A DNA stretch of 64,000 bases, taken from NCBI GenBank assembly GCA_016234365.1, contig JACRER010000018.1, forward strand, positions 2,673 through 66,672, in the 5' to 3' direction. The notes below the pieces were generated by a model. It ran no database searches, was not told where the DNA came from, and saw only the letters and a program-made list of their open reading frames with translations. The DNA comes from Elusimicrobiota bacterium (lineage in GTDB: Bacteria; Elusimicrobiota; Elusimicrobia; Elusimicrobiales; UBA9959). Of the stretch, positions 17,804 to 26,992 are shown piece after piece. The position numbers were made by a program, and so were the translations under genes. Position 1 is the stretch's first letter; every line of letters starts with the position of its first letter.

Positions 17804-17829
17804 GCGGGCCGCGGGGCCCGCTTTTTTTG
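17804..17829. terminator. bidirectional Rho-independent terminator between convergent genes
   Basis: AAAAAA-GCGGGCC-GCGG-GGCCCGC-TTTTTTT: a GC stem flanked by an A-run and a T-run. Confidence 0.8.
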
Positions 17830-17841
17830 CGCGCGGCTCCT

Positions 17842-19161
17842 TTACCTGTCCACCCACTTTTTCCTGTTGGCCGGCGTGTCGGGGACTTCCATTAATTTCG
17901 CCCCGTTCTTCCATGGGTCGGAGATGTAGATCTTGCCCTGGCCGATGAAGACCATATAGTGGTGTTCGCCCATCCCCAGGAAGCCGGGGTTGGTGACTTC
18001 CTGTTTTTTGAACTGCGGCGAGAGCTTCGCGTTCTCCGCGGTGGCGTTCACGGCGTTGGCCCAGTCGTAACAGCGCATATACTCGCCTGGGGCAAGGCCC
18101 GCCCGGGTTGCCTGTATCCCGGCGGTGGGGATGCCGGGGTTCTTCATGGCTTCTTCTTTGCGGGACACTTTACCGGCGTACCAGCCCGCCGAACTGGCCA
18201 GGAACCTGGCGTAACCGCAAGCGATCGACTTATCGTTCTCGCCGTTGCATTCCTGCCTGTCGTAGCCGGCCATGTTGCCCAGCGTGCCGCGCATTAAGCC
18301 CGGGCCAAGCGAATTGCTTTTATTGGCGTCCACCACGGCCGCGCGCACCTGGTAAACGCGCTTGGCCTCCGGCGACATGGAAGCATAATCCACGGGGATG
18401 GGCTTGGCGGCCTTATCGGGACCGCCATTAACGGTGGGCACGCTCTTGGTGCCGATAGTGGTATTGACCGGCGCGCGGACCTCGGCTTTTACCGGCGGGG
18501 CCAGCTTTACGGCTTTTAAAGCCACGGCCGCGGCGTCGGGGCCGCCAGTTTTGCCGCCGCCGTCGTACATGCTGTTAAGGCCCGCTTCGGAGCCGCCGGG
18601 GGACCCCTTAAGTTTATCGGCTCCGCTGAAAGACGCTTTTTTAGCCGGGGTTTTAGGGGTTTTGACCGCCGCGGCGGCGCGGAACTTTGCGGCTTCCTTC
18701 ATTTGCGCGGCCAGCTCCGGCGTAAGGTAAGCGTCGGCCGCGGCCAGGTTTTGCTGGGTAAGCGGCTGGTTGGAACCTGTGGCGGCCAGCAGGCCGCCCA
18801 GCGCCTCTTTCTTGGCGGCCAGGTAGGCGGCCCCGTCGTTACCAAGCCACAGCCGCACCTCGGCGAGCTTGGCGCCGTTTATGGCGCGCAGGCCTTCTTG
18901 CGCCTCTTTGGCGCCCCAGCGCGCGGCCAGCGCTTTATAAGAAGCCAGCACCCCGGAGTAACGCGCGGCGGCCTTGTCCGAAACTTCTTTTAGTTTTTCC
19001 TCGCCGGCGTCGGGCGCCAGCCTGGCCCACTTTTCAGGGGTAAAACGCTCCTGCTCCGCCAGGTAGCAGAATTCTTTTTTATAGGTATCGGACATCCACT
19101 CCTCGGCGGAGGCCGGGGCGGTTAAAAACAAAAAAAGCGCCAGCAGCGTCTTAACGTTCAT
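17842..19161 (-). CDS. secreted hypothetical protein; Ala/Lys-rich N-terminal half and a C-terminal domain with a Cys...His...Asp pattern
   Basis: Signal peptide MNVKTLLALFLFLTAPASA. C315 (SIACGYARF), H400/H401 (GEHHYMVF) and D415 (ISDPW) are spaced as in papain-fold or transglutaminase-like enzymes. This reading is inference only. Confidence 0.6.
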   Translation of the reverse strand: MNVKTLLALFLFLTAPASAEEWMSDTYKKEFCYLAEQERFTPEKWARLAPDAGEEKLKEVSDKAAARYSGVLASYKALAARWGAKEAQEGLRAINGAKLAEVRLWLGNDGAAYLAAKKEALGGLLAATGSNQPLTQQNLAAADAYLTPELAAQMKEAAKFRAAAAVKTPKTPAKKASFSGADKLKGSPGGSEAGLNSMYDGGGKTGGPDAAAVALKAVKLAPPVKAEVRAPVNTTIGTKSVPTVNGGPDKAAKPIPVDYASMSPEAKRVYQVRAAVVDANKSNSLGPGLMRGTLGNMAGYDRQECNGENDKSIACGYARFLASSAGWYAGKVSRKEEAMKNPGIPTAGIQATRAGLAPGEYMRCYDWANAVNATAENAKLSPQFKKQEVTNPGFLGMGEHHYMVFIGQGKIYISDPWKNGAKLMEVPDTPANRKKWVDR

Positions 19162-19172
19162 AAACGGTTCGT

Positions 19173-19799
19173 TCAGGGTTTACCTTTAAAACTTTTGGCC
19201 ACTCTTTCAAATACCGGCAGGTTCTCCTGGAAAGCGTCTTTGGGCGAGGAGAAGTGCATTACGTAAAAGCCCTGCTTGGCCGGCAGGATATACATTTTTT
19301 CTTTTATCTGCGCGCTCTCGTCGGATTTGGATTCGGGGTGCAGGTACACCATCTTCTCGCGCACCAGCTCGAAGGCGCGGCGGCCCCACAGCTTTATCTT
19401 GCGCACCGGCTCGTAATTCTCCCGCTCGCTCTTGGTCTCGCCCAGCGCGTTGGCGGAATTGCGGTCTATAAAATCCTCGTACCCGTCAAAGTCCTCGTTC
19501 TCCGCGGCGTAGTAGGACACGAAAATACTTATAGCGGACTTATCCGACTTGGGCGCCAGCAGCTGCACCTCGAAGATCTTGTAGTCTTCGTCGCGCTCCT
19601 TCTCCCTGTTGATGGACCAGGAAACGGGGATCATGCAGGAAAAGTAGCCGTGATCCATGGAATACTTTTTAAATTTCCCGCCCGGCTCTGGCGCCGCGGC
19701 GCCAGCGGCGGCCGGGGCGGCGGCCTGAGGCGCGGCCTGGGCGCGCGCGAAACCCGCGGCAAGGCCCAGCAACAAAATGGAAGATATTATTTTTTTCAT
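19173..19799 (-). CDS. secreted hypothetical protein (208 aa)
   Basis: Signal peptide MKKIISSILLLGLAAGFARA, normal amino-acid composition. Overlaps the upstream gene by 4 nt. Confidence 0.6.
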   Translation of the reverse strand: MKKIISSILLLGLAAGFARAQAAPQAAAPAAAGAAAPEPGGKFKKYSMDHGYFSCMIPVSWSINREKERDEDYKIFEVQLLAPKSDKSAISIFVSYYAAENEDFDGYEDFIDRNSANALGETKSERENYEPVRKIKLWGRRAFELVREKMVYLHPESKSDESAQIKEKMYILPAKQGFYVMHFSSPKDAFQENLPVFERVAKSFKGKP

Positions 19800-21544
19800 A
19801 TCAAAGCCGGCGGGGCCCCGGGACTGGCGGCGCGGCCCGTCTTTAAAGTTTTCAGGTCTTTCCTGTTGGCCCTGTCCGAGGCCGAATACTTGCTGCGGTA
19901 CACACCCAGCCCGGACAGGTCGCCTTCTATTTTAGCAAGTGCGTCGGTCCGTATCTCTCCCACGGAGCCGGCCAGCTCCTCCGGCGTCATCTCCATGGCC
20001 TCGGCCAGCGTTATGCCCACGGCGTCGTTGGCGGCGCGCTCCTGCGCGGAAAGCGCGGCGCGGCGGGCCAGCTCGTCGGCCACGGCCCCCAGCACCTGCG
20101 AGGCGGCCGCGTCCAGCGACGGCAGACCGGTGAAATAGCGCTGGCGCACCGTGGTGGCGAACTTTTTGGAACCGCTGGCGCCGACCTCGGTGGCCACCTC
20201 CACGCGCTTGGACGCGTAGGAGGAAAAATCCCGGCCGGAATCGAAGATGGAACGGAAGGCTTTATCCTTGCGCAGTTTTTCCGTAGTGTAGAGGCCCTCC
20301 AGCGACATGGCCTCTATCTCGTCCTCCTGCACGCGCGGCTTGTACACGCCCTGTTTGCGCGCCCAGGAATCCTGCATCTGGTGCGCGGACTCGTACACTA
20401 CCGCCGGGGACATGTACTTGGCGATCTCCGCCACCTGCGCGGGGCTGCGCATCACGGAATCCGCCGTGTAACCTTTCATGCGCATGTACTGCTGTATGGT
20501 CTCGGAATCCAGCACTATGGTCCTGGTGGCAGGGTCGTAGGAGGAATATTTCCCGTCGCAAGGCTTAACCACTATCTTGAGCGGGCCTTCCTTGCCGTAG
20601 AAGTCCAGCACCCGCTGCCCCGCCTTGGTCCCCGCCAGCTCCTTGCTCACGGCCGGGCCCATCATGCCGCCCAGCAGGTCGCGCTGCTGCGCGGGCAGCA
20701 CTTCTTTGGGCAGCGAGTCGCGCGCCGCGTGCACGCGGGCCAGGTCCGCGTCCCCCTTGGCCGCGCCGCCGTCGAAAAAATTACCCAGCAGGTAAGCCTG
20801 GTCCGCCAGCGGCTTGCCGGAAAGCTGCCCCAGCTGCGCCGGCGTCAGCCTGCTCTTAAGCTTGTCCACGGACGCCTGCAGCGCCATCTGGTCTTTCATG
20901 GCCGCCAGCGCCTGGTCGTTATAGATGAGGAACGACTTGTCCTGCTTCATCAGCTGGCTTATCACGGCGTTGCGCTCGCGCAGCACCATGGCCGCCCAGT
21001 TTTCCTTGGTGACGGCCACGCCGCGCCCCTGCTTAAGCCTGGCCTGGTCCCAGCTCATATTGCGCAGGTCGGTCATGGTGCCAAAAACTATTTCCCAGTT
21101 GCGGATAGCGGTCTTCACCACGGCTTTTTTAGTTTCCGGATAGGCGGGCTGGTATTTTTCCAGCCAGGCCAGCAGCTTTTCGGGCTCCGGCCCCACGCCG
21201 GCCTTGGCCAGCGGCTTATCCGCGTCTATGCGGATGGTCAGTGCGCCGTTGAGTTTATTGGCTTTCTCTTTATCCCACGGCATGGCCAGCAGGTCTTTAA
21301 GGTCTTTCAGCGCCGCGGCTTTGGCGTTAAGCGCCGGGCCTTTAACCTCGTCCTTCTCGGCCAGGGTGCGCGCCTCGCCGTCTTTAAGGAATTCAACCGC
21401 GGCCGCCGGGTCGCCGCTGGAAATGGCGGTTTCGTAAGCGGCCAGGCGCTCGGCCGCCTTCTGCGCCCAGGCCGGCCCGCCCAAAAGCAGCAGCCCGGCC
21501 GCCAGGGCGGCCAGCGTGAGCTTTTTGGCGTTCAGGGCTTTCAT
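19796..21544 (-). CDS. secreted hypothetical protein (582 aa)
   Basis: Signal peptide ...LLLLGGPAWAQ, mostly helical Ala/Lys/Leu-rich sequence. Tightly linked to the C11 peptidase gene (3-nt gap). Confidence 0.6.
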   Translation of the reverse strand: MKALNAKKLTLAALAAGLLLLGGPAWAQKAAERLAAYETAISSGDPAAAVEFLKDGEARTLAEKDEVKGPALNAKAAALKDLKDLLAMPWDKEKANKLNGALTIRIDADKPLAKAGVGPEPEKLLAWLEKYQPAYPETKKAVVKTAIRNWEIVFGTMTDLRNMSWDQARLKQGRGVAVTKENWAAMVLRERNAVISQLMKQDKSFLIYNDQALAAMKDQMALQASVDKLKSRLTPAQLGQLSGKPLADQAYLLGNFFDGGAAKGDADLARVHAARDSLPKEVLPAQQRDLLGGMMGPAVSKELAGTKAGQRVLDFYGKEGPLKIVVKPCDGKYSSYDPATRTIVLDSETIQQYMRMKGYTADSVMRSPAQVAEIAKYMSPAVVYESAHQMQDSWARKQGVYKPRVQEDEIEAMSLEGLYTTEKLRKDKAFRSIFDSGRDFSSYASKRVEVATEVGASGSKKFATTVRQRYFTGLPSLDAAASQVLGAVADELARRAALSAQERAANDAVGITLAEAMEMTPEELAGSVGEIRTDALAKIEGDLSGLGVYRSKYSASDRANRKDLKTLKTGRAASPGAPPALI

Positions 21545-21547
21545 AAC

Positions 21548-22834
21548 CTACGGCTTCAGCCGCTCCTCCATCATGGCGCGCAGGAAATCGTCCCACAGGG
21601 AATCGCGCGCGAAGGCCAGCTTTTCATAATTGGCGGAATTGTAACGCAGGTCCGGGATGTAAATGGCCAGGCCGTGCGCGTTGGAGATCAGGGCGCTATC
21701 CTTTATTATCAGGCTCCCCTCCAGGTAGCCCTTGATATCCGCCGAGGCGTTCTTTACCGCCAGGCTTTTGGGCAGCAGGTCGTCCACGTTGTTGAGGTAA
21801 TCGTACAGGTCGCGGGAATCGCGCATCTGGAAGTTGTAAGTGGTGTTCACGGTGGCCTCGGACAGCGCGGCCTTGCGGGCTTTAGGGTCCGCGTTCACCG
21901 CTTTCACCCAGGCGTTGAGCAGTTCCGTGAACCCGGGCAGCGCGGAGGAGCGCAGCGCCGAAAGCGTGACCTTTTCCCCGGCGTAGTAGGCCGCGTAAGC
22001 GTCCACCATCAGCGTTCCCAGCTGTTCGGCGCGCATGCCGGGGTTAGCGGCCAGCGGGCCCAGGATCTCCGCATAGGGGTAGCTGTCTCCGGGTATCACC
22101 TCTTCCGAACCCACTATCACGTCCGCGGAATCTTTAAGTTCGTAGGCCACGCCGGCCATCTGCATAAGGCAGGCGTCGGTGGCGAACACGTCTATTTTCC
22201 GGCCCAGGAACTGCTTAAGGCGCGCCAGCGACCGGCCCAACTGGTCCACTTCCATATGGTTCTTGCTCACGTCATCCCAGGCAATGCCCAGGCGGCCGCC
22301 GCCGTGGTTCCACACTATAACGGCCGTGCGGCGCGCGGGGAAGCGGCGCACCGCGCGCTTTACAAAACGCTCCAGGTTGGCGGCGCTGCCCATGTCGGCG
22401 TCGTTGGAAGAATAGAACGGCAGGGAAGTGATGCGCTGGTCGTCGTTGTCTTTGCCCACAAAGATGGTCTTGGAGCCGCGCTGGAACTGCAGGTTGCGGG
22501 CGGCGCCCTCCTGCCCCAGTATGCCGTATTCCACCACCACGGCCATGCGGTCCGTGGAACCGACTTTCTCCATGTCGTTGATGCTCTTGTTGGCAAAACC
22601 CAGGATGCCGAGGTCGTTGACGCCGTTGATGAAGACCATCACCAGCCAATCGCGTTCGGCGGCGGGGGCGGCCTGGGTAACCGGCTCTACCGCGGCGGGC
22701 GCGGGTACGGCAGGGGCGGCGGCTACAGGCTGCGGCAGGTCCTTGTAAAGGTTATCAAACGATACGTCCTGGGCTTTTAAGCCCATCGTCAGGGCGGCCA
22801 GGGCCGCCAATGTAACCAGCACTATCCGCTTCAT
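21548..22834 (-). CDS. secreted clostripain-family cysteine peptidase (MEROPS C11)
   Basis: VIVWNHGGG (catalytic His-Gly) and FATDACLMQM (catalytic Cys), as in clostripain-like peptidases. I prefer the ATG at 22834 (MKRIVLV... signal peptide, GAGGA Shine-Dalgarno) to 22861. Confidence 0.8.
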   Translation of the reverse strand: MKRIVLVTLAALAALTMGLKAQDVSFDNLYKDLPQPVAAAPAVPAPAAVEPVTQAAPAAERDWLVMVFINGVNDLGILGFANKSINDMEKVGSTDRMAVVVEYGILGQEGAARNLQFQRGSKTIFVGKDNDDQRITSLPFYSSNDADMGSAANLERFVKRAVRRFPARRTAVIVWNHGGGRLGIAWDDVSKNHMEVDQLGRSLARLKQFLGRKIDVFATDACLMQMAGVAYELKDSADVIVGSEEVIPGDSYPYAEILGPLAANPGMRAEQLGTLMVDAYAAYYAGEKVTLSALRSSALPGFTELLNAWVKAVNADPKARKAALSEATVNTTYNFQMRDSRDLYDYLNNVDDLLPKSLAVKNASADIKGYLEGSLIIKDSALISNAHGLAIYIPDLRYNSANYEKLAFARDSLWDDFLRAMMEERLKP

Positions 22835-22957
22835 AAGGTCCTCACTAATATTTTTGCCCATGTATTGACTTTAATCAAAGGCCCTTTGGCCCATAACTAT
22901 ATAGGACGAAAGTCCCAAAATAGCAAATTCTCAGGAGTATCGACGGCGTCCAATTAT

Positions 22958-22985
22958 ATTATAGGGGAAAATCTTGACAAGTCAA
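22958..22985 (-). promoter_or_regulatory. near-consensus sigma70-type promoter for the C11 peptidase operon
   Basis: Minus strand reads TTGACT-16 nt-TATAAT (-35 at 22980-22985, -10 at 22958-22963). The -35 sits inside the inverted repeat CTTGAC-AA-GTCAAG. Confidence 0.55.
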
Positions 22986-23026
22986 GGGGGGTATCGGCTG
23001 GCAAGGGTGCGCCAGCCTCAGCAGCA

Positions 23027-23692
23027 TTATTTAAGAACTTCAGAGGCGAAGGTCTTCACCTCTTCGATGAAACCCTGCCAGGCCTCAACGGGCAAGCGGC
23101 CTTCCCGTTTAAAGACAACCACGTGCCCCAGACTGCCCTGCACCCGCAGCCCCAGGTTGCGCTCGAACCAGGCCGCGCGGTCGGGCGTAAAGAACATATG
23201 CACTGCCGCCTCATCAGCCCCGGTAAGGCGGTACTTGTCGGAGAACACGGGGAAGGCGGGCAGGTCTATATCCTTGAAGCCGATGAACTCGCCTATCTTA
23301 TACATCAGGGATTCCGGCTTAAGGTCGAAGTTGGGCAGCTGCAGGCCGGCGGTCTCGATTAAGGCCAGCGTAAAGGCCAGCGTCTGGCGGTTCTTGCCGG
23401 AGCCGGTAGTGTAACTGTAGTCGAACACGCTGATATTCCCGGACTGAACCTGCATCTTTATCAGGTTGCGGGCCCTGCGCGAGCGGCCGGTGTTGAAGAT
23501 CTCCAGCCCGGTGCCCTCCAGGAAACCGGCGTCAGGCCCGGCTTCGGAGAATAGCAGGCCCATGGAAGAGGCGAGCTCCTCCAGTTTGCGGCGGCGCAGC
23601 AGGGCCGCGTACCAGACCAGCCCGAGGGCGCCCAGCACCACGGCGACGGGCACCAGGAAAATATATTTTTCCAGCGAAGGCGGCAGCGTCAT
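23027..23692 (-). CDS. membrane-anchored hypothetical protein (DUF3137-like architecture)
   Basis: N-terminal TM helix (IFLVPVAVVLGALGLVWYAALL) followed by a soluble domain. Family assignment is tentative. Confidence 0.5.
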   Translation of the reverse strand: MTLPPSLEKYIFLVPVAVVLGALGLVWYAALLRRRKLEELASSMGLLFSEAGPDAGFLEGTGLEIFNTGRSRRARNLIKMQVQSGNISVFDYSYTTGSGKNRQTLAFTLALIETAGLQLPNFDLKPESLMYKIGEFIGFKDIDLPAFPVFSDKYRLTGADEAAVHMFFTPDRAAWFERNLGLRVQGSLGHVVVFKREGRLPVEAWQGFIEEVKTFASEVLK

Positions 23693-23946
23693 CAGTTCCC
23701 CCCCGGGGCGGAAGCGGCGCCCAGAGAATCCTTGGCGGTTTTTTCAAAAAGCGCGGCGGCGGCCTTGGCCTCGCCGACATGGCCCACCGTTGTTTTAAGA
23801 TAATTGCCGGGAGCGGCCAGCATGCCGGCGGGCGCCGCCGTGGAAACGGCCGGCGTTTCCGCTTTAGGCTGCGGTATCTGTTCCGGCGCCTTTTTCTTGC
23901 AAGCGCAGACGGCCGCAAGCGCGGCCAGCAGTATAATTCTCTTCAC
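23692..23946 (-). CDS. small lipoprotein (84 aa)
   Basis: MKRIILLAALAAVCACKKK has a lipobox-like L-A-A-V-C. Overlaps the downstream gene start (ATGA). Confidence 0.5.
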   Translation of the reverse strand: MKRIILLAALAAVCACKKKAPEQIPQPKAETPAVSTAAPAGMLAAPGNYLKTTVGHVGEAKAAAALFEKTAKDSLGAASAPGGN

Positions 23947-23964
23947 ATTCCCCCCCTCGCCGCG

Positions 23965-24966
23965 CTAAAGCTTTACAAGCTGCTCGGCTATCTGCACCGA
24001 GTTGAGCGCGGCGCCCTTGTAGAGATTATCGGAAACTATCCAGAGCTGGAATTCGTCCGGCGAGGTGTGCGCCAGGCGCAGCCGCCCGGCATAAACTATG
24101 TCGGTGCGCAGGCCGTGCGCCAGCGGCGTGGGATAATCCTGCGCCCGCGCGAAGAATTTAAGCCCCGGCGTGCGCGCGAATTCTTTTTTAAGCGCCGCCA
24201 GCGTGAAAGGCCGGCGGGTGTTAACCCAGGCCGCCAGAGAATGGCCGCGCAGCACGGGCACGCGCACGGAAGTTACGCTTATCTTCACGGCCTTGTCGGC
24301 CCAGATCTTTTTGAGTTCGGCCTCCACTTTGTTCTCTTCGCCGGAGTTGCCCTCGGCGTCGAAGCCGCCCACCTGCGGGAACAGGTTGAAAGCGATGGGC
24401 CGCGGGAACGGCCCGCCCGAGGGGAGGCGGCGGCCCCTCAGCGAGGCCTTCAATTCCTCTTCCAGGCGGAGCATGGCGGCTTTGCCCGCGCCGGAAACCG
24501 CCTGGTAGGTGGCAAGGCGCAATTCTTTTATGCCGTAACGGGCGCGCACGCGGGCCAGCGCCACGGCGGCGCCGGTAAGCGTGCAGTTGGGTCCGGCTAT
24601 GAGTTTTTTAGAAGGCTTAAGTTCCCCCCCGTTAACCTCGGGAATCACCAGCGGCACGTTCTTGGCCAGGCGGAAGCGGGCGGAATCGTCTATACAGGCC
24701 ACGCCGGCCGCGGCCAGGCGCGGCGCGAACTTCTCTGCTACCTCGTCGGTGGAAACAAAAAAGACTAGGTCGGATTTTTTGAGGGCCTCGAAAGAAGGAG
24801 CGCAGCAGGCGTATTTTTTGCCGCGGAACTTTACCGTGGCCGCGCGGCGGCCGGAATTAAAAGCGTAAAGTTTTCCCACGGGGAAACGTCGCTTTTCCAG
24901 CAGGCCAAGCAATTCGCCCCCCACCATACCGGAGGCTCCCACCACGGCTATATCGTATTTTTTCAT
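23965..24966 (-). CDS. asd: aspartate-semialdehyde dehydrogenase
   Basis: MKKYDIAVVGASGMVGGE NAD-binding start, active-site GPNCT and QAVSGAG motifs. Confidence 0.95.
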   Translation of the reverse strand: MKKYDIAVVGASGMVGGELLGLLEKRRFPVGKLYAFNSGRRAATVKFRGKKYACCAPSFEALKKSDLVFFVSTDEVAEKFAPRLAAAGVACIDDSARFRLAKNVPLVIPEVNGGELKPSKKLIAGPNCTLTGAAVALARVRARYGIKELRLATYQAVSGAGKAAMLRLEEELKASLRGRRLPSGGPFPRPIAFNLFPQVGGFDAEGNSGEENKVEAELKKIWADKAVKISVTSVRVPVLRGHSLAAWVNTRRPFTLAALKKEFARTPGLKFFARAQDYPTPLAHGLRTDIVYAGRLRLAHTSPDEFQLWIVSDNLYKGAALNSVQIAEQLVKL

Positions 24967-24976
24967 GGAAAAGAGT

Positions 24977-26008
24977 TCAGTTCTGCGCCGGCGCGGGCTG
25001 CGGCATGGGCGGCACGGTTATTTCTTTGGAGTAGCCGGTATTCTCCAGGTTGTCCACGGCGGCGGCGCGCAGGTAGAACATGTCCTTGGAGATCTCGTCG
25101 CGGCCGAACGTCCAGAAGTAAGGCGCCTTGAACATATAGCGCGTCACTTTCTGCCAGTCGAACTTGTCGTAGGAAATTTCCAGCCAGGCGGCGCGGATAT
25201 CCTCGCCTATGGCCGTAAAGGACACGTTGATCTCGTCCTGGCCCACGGCCGCCGAGAAACCCTTAAGGAAGACTTTATACTCATTGGCCGGCACCAGTTT
25301 AACGGCTATGGCCGGTTTGATGCCGGAGATGGGCGTTTCCAGCACGCCCTCGCCCGACGGGGCGTTGCCCTTTATGGAGCGGTTCAGCCAAACGTCCGCC
25401 TCTTCGCTGTCGCTGGGCGCGGCCGCGATAATGGGCGAGCTGGAGGCCGCCGTGAAATAGCGCGAGGAGGACCACAGCGCCAGGTAATTATCCTTGTCCT
25501 GCGACAGGCGGCCCAGCGGCACCTCGGCCCACAGCCAGCGCGCGGAATCCACGCCGTCCAGGGAATCGTTGGGCAGCGGCTCGCGCGGCAGATCGGCCGC
25601 TTCGGCGAGGAAATAAGTATTATCGGCGGAAAAGGAGGGCGCCTGGTTGACGGCCATGTAGATCTTGCCCGGGATGGGCGTGGTGTCCCACGAGGCGGGC
25701 CACGACATTATCTTGGCGCGGCCCAGTTTGGCGCCTATGTAGGCCTTGGCGTAACTGCCCGTTGGCACCGGCGGAACTTTTACTATCCAGCAATTGTTAA
25801 AGCCCACGTACCAGTCGGCGTGAAAACCGCCGTCGGCGTAAAGATAGTATTTCCCCAGGTTCTTCTCCGGCGCGAAATACGCCGGGACCGGGGACTTGGA
25901 GGAGAAGGCGGAGCCTTTTTCCGCGTCGGGCTGGGCCGGGGCCTGCGCGTTCGCCGCCGCGCTACAGGCGGCCAGCAGGGCCGCCGCTATGAGATGCCGC
26001 ATATTCAC
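24977..26008 (-). CDS. secreted hypothetical protein (343 aa)
   Basis: Signal peptide MNMRHLIAAALLAACSAAANA, normal composition. Sits between parB and asd on the same strand. Confidence 0.6.
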   Translation of the reverse strand: MNMRHLIAAALLAACSAAANAQAPAQPDAEKGSAFSSKSPVPAYFAPEKNLGKYYLYADGGFHADWYVGFNNCWIVKVPPVPTGSYAKAYIGAKLGRAKIMSWPASWDTTPIPGKIYMAVNQAPSFSADNTYFLAEAADLPREPLPNDSLDGVDSARWLWAEVPLGRLSQDKDNYLALWSSSRYFTAASSSPIIAAAPSDSEEADVWLNRSIKGNAPSGEGVLETPISGIKPAIAVKLVPANEYKVFLKGFSAAVGQDEINVSFTAIGEDIRAAWLEISYDKFDWQKVTRYMFKAPYFWTFGRDEISKDMFYLRAAAVDNLENTGYSKEITVPPMPQPAPAQN

Positions 26009-26019
26009 CTTCGTGTTAC

Positions 26020-26886
26020 TTATTTTAAAATTCGTGTTACCCTGTCCAGATCGTCCAGCGAGAAGAAGTGTATTATTATTTTACCATTCTGCGGCCCGGG
26101 CCCGGGGCAGATCTCCACCTTGGTGCCCAGGTGCTTTTCCAGCCGGGACTGCAGCTCCAGCGTCTCGGGCGTTTTGTGAGAGCCGGCGCGCGGGGCGCGC
26201 TGCGTTTTGGGGCGGTCCGCGTGGAACGTCTGCGCAAAGGCTTCCACGTCGCGCACGGAAAGCTTGTCGGCCATGATGCGGCGGAAGGCGTCGCGGCGGC
26301 GCGCCGGGTCCGGGATAGAGATCAGCGCGCGGGCGTGGCCCTCTTTAATGGCGCCGGTCTGGATGCCCTGGCGGATATCCTCGTCGAGTTCCAGCAGGCG
26401 CAGCGTGTTGGAAACGGCCGCGCGGGATTTGTGCACCCGTTCGGCTATCTCGGACTGCGTCACTTCGAATTTATCCATCAGCTGCTTGTAGGCCAGGGCG
26501 GTGTCTATGGCGTTAAGGTCCTCGCGCTGGATGTTCTCTATCAGCGCGAACCCCAGCTTCTGCTCGTCGTTAAGGCCCTTCTTTACTATGGCCTCAACCT
26601 CGGCCAGGCCGGCCAGCTTGCAGGCGCGCAGGCGGCGCTCGCCGGCTATCAGCTCGTAGTGGTCGTCCCCGTCGTCCTTCCAGACGGAGATGGGCTGCAG
26701 CAACCCGCGCTGCTTTATGGACTCGGCCAGTTCGGCCAGGGCGTCCTCGTCGAAGTTCCGGCGCGGCTGCAGGCGGTTGGGCCGCACTTTCCCCACGGGG
26801 ATGCGCTGCACTATGTCCCCGGAAATATCGTTATTCTGCACCTTCGTGATGAGGGAGTCTATCCCCCTGCCTAAAGCTTTTCTCAT
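26020..26886 (-). CDS. parB: chromosome partitioning protein ParB
   Basis: NRLQPRRNFDE, IAGERRLRACKLAG and HTH segment (TQSEIAERVHKSRAAVSNTLRLL). AAGGAG Shine-Dalgarno. Confidence 0.95.
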   Translation of the reverse strand: MRKALGRGIDSLITKVQNNDISGDIVQRIPVGKVRPNRLQPRRNFDEDALAELAESIKQRGLLQPISVWKDDGDDHYELIAGERRLRACKLAGLAEVEAIVKKGLNDEQKLGFALIENIQREDLNAIDTALAYKQLMDKFEVTQSEIAERVHKSRAAVSNTLRLLELDEDIRQGIQTGAIKEGHARALISIPDPARRRDAFRRIMADKLSVRDVEAFAQTFHADRPKTQRAPRAGSHKTPETLELQSRLEKHLGTKVEICPGPGPQNGKIIIHFFSLDDLDRVTRILK

Positions 26887-26901
26887 ATATTCTCCTTAAT
26901 T

Positions 26902-26992
26902 CATCTATTGAGGCCCGGCCTCACTAGAGCTTCCTAGCCTCATACGGCCTATCAAGGCCCGGCCTCACTAGGAGGCCCGGCCTCGATAGATG
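26902..26992. repeat. structured palindromic element filling the parA-parB spacer
   Basis: 21-nt imperfect inverted arms: CATCTATTGAGGCCCGGCCTC (26902-26922) and GAGGCCCGGCCTCGATAGATG (26972-26992). Three copies of the 13-bp palindrome (G/A)AGGCC-C-GGCCTC at 26910, 26954 and 26972. Confidence 0.8.

Noticed and set aside
20381-22780. 799-aa ORF on the plus strand spanning two minus-strand genes
   Set aside because: It lies antisense to the C11 peptidase (clear catalytic motifs) and the 582-aa secreted protein. Its translation is Arg/Gly/His/Ala/Val-rich low complexity with no recognisable motif. This is the typical stop-codon-poor shadow frame of high-GC DNA.
22862-23026. Possible small RNA or riboswitch in the 165-bp spacer upstream of the C11 operon
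   Set aside because: The region is explained by a terminator-like hairpin for the upstream gene (GGCTGGC...GCCAGCC) plus the promoter and a ~95-nt leader. I recognise no known riboswitch consensus, so a regulatory leader remains possible but unsupported.
24965-26179. 404-aa plus-strand ORF
   Set aside because: It lies antisense to a signal-peptide protein gene and the parB 3' end. Arg/Gly-rich shadow ORF. The same reasoning applies to 26068..26874, 29194..30537, 30568..31527, 50914..52419, 53485..54714, 49231..50136, 12223..13301, 13544..14506 and 16086..16865.
26902-26992. CRISPR-like array in the parA-parB spacer
   Set aside because: There are only three short (about 18-nt) repeats and two of them abut without a spacer. 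The repeats are themselves palindromic, and no cas genes are present. It is not a CRISPR array.
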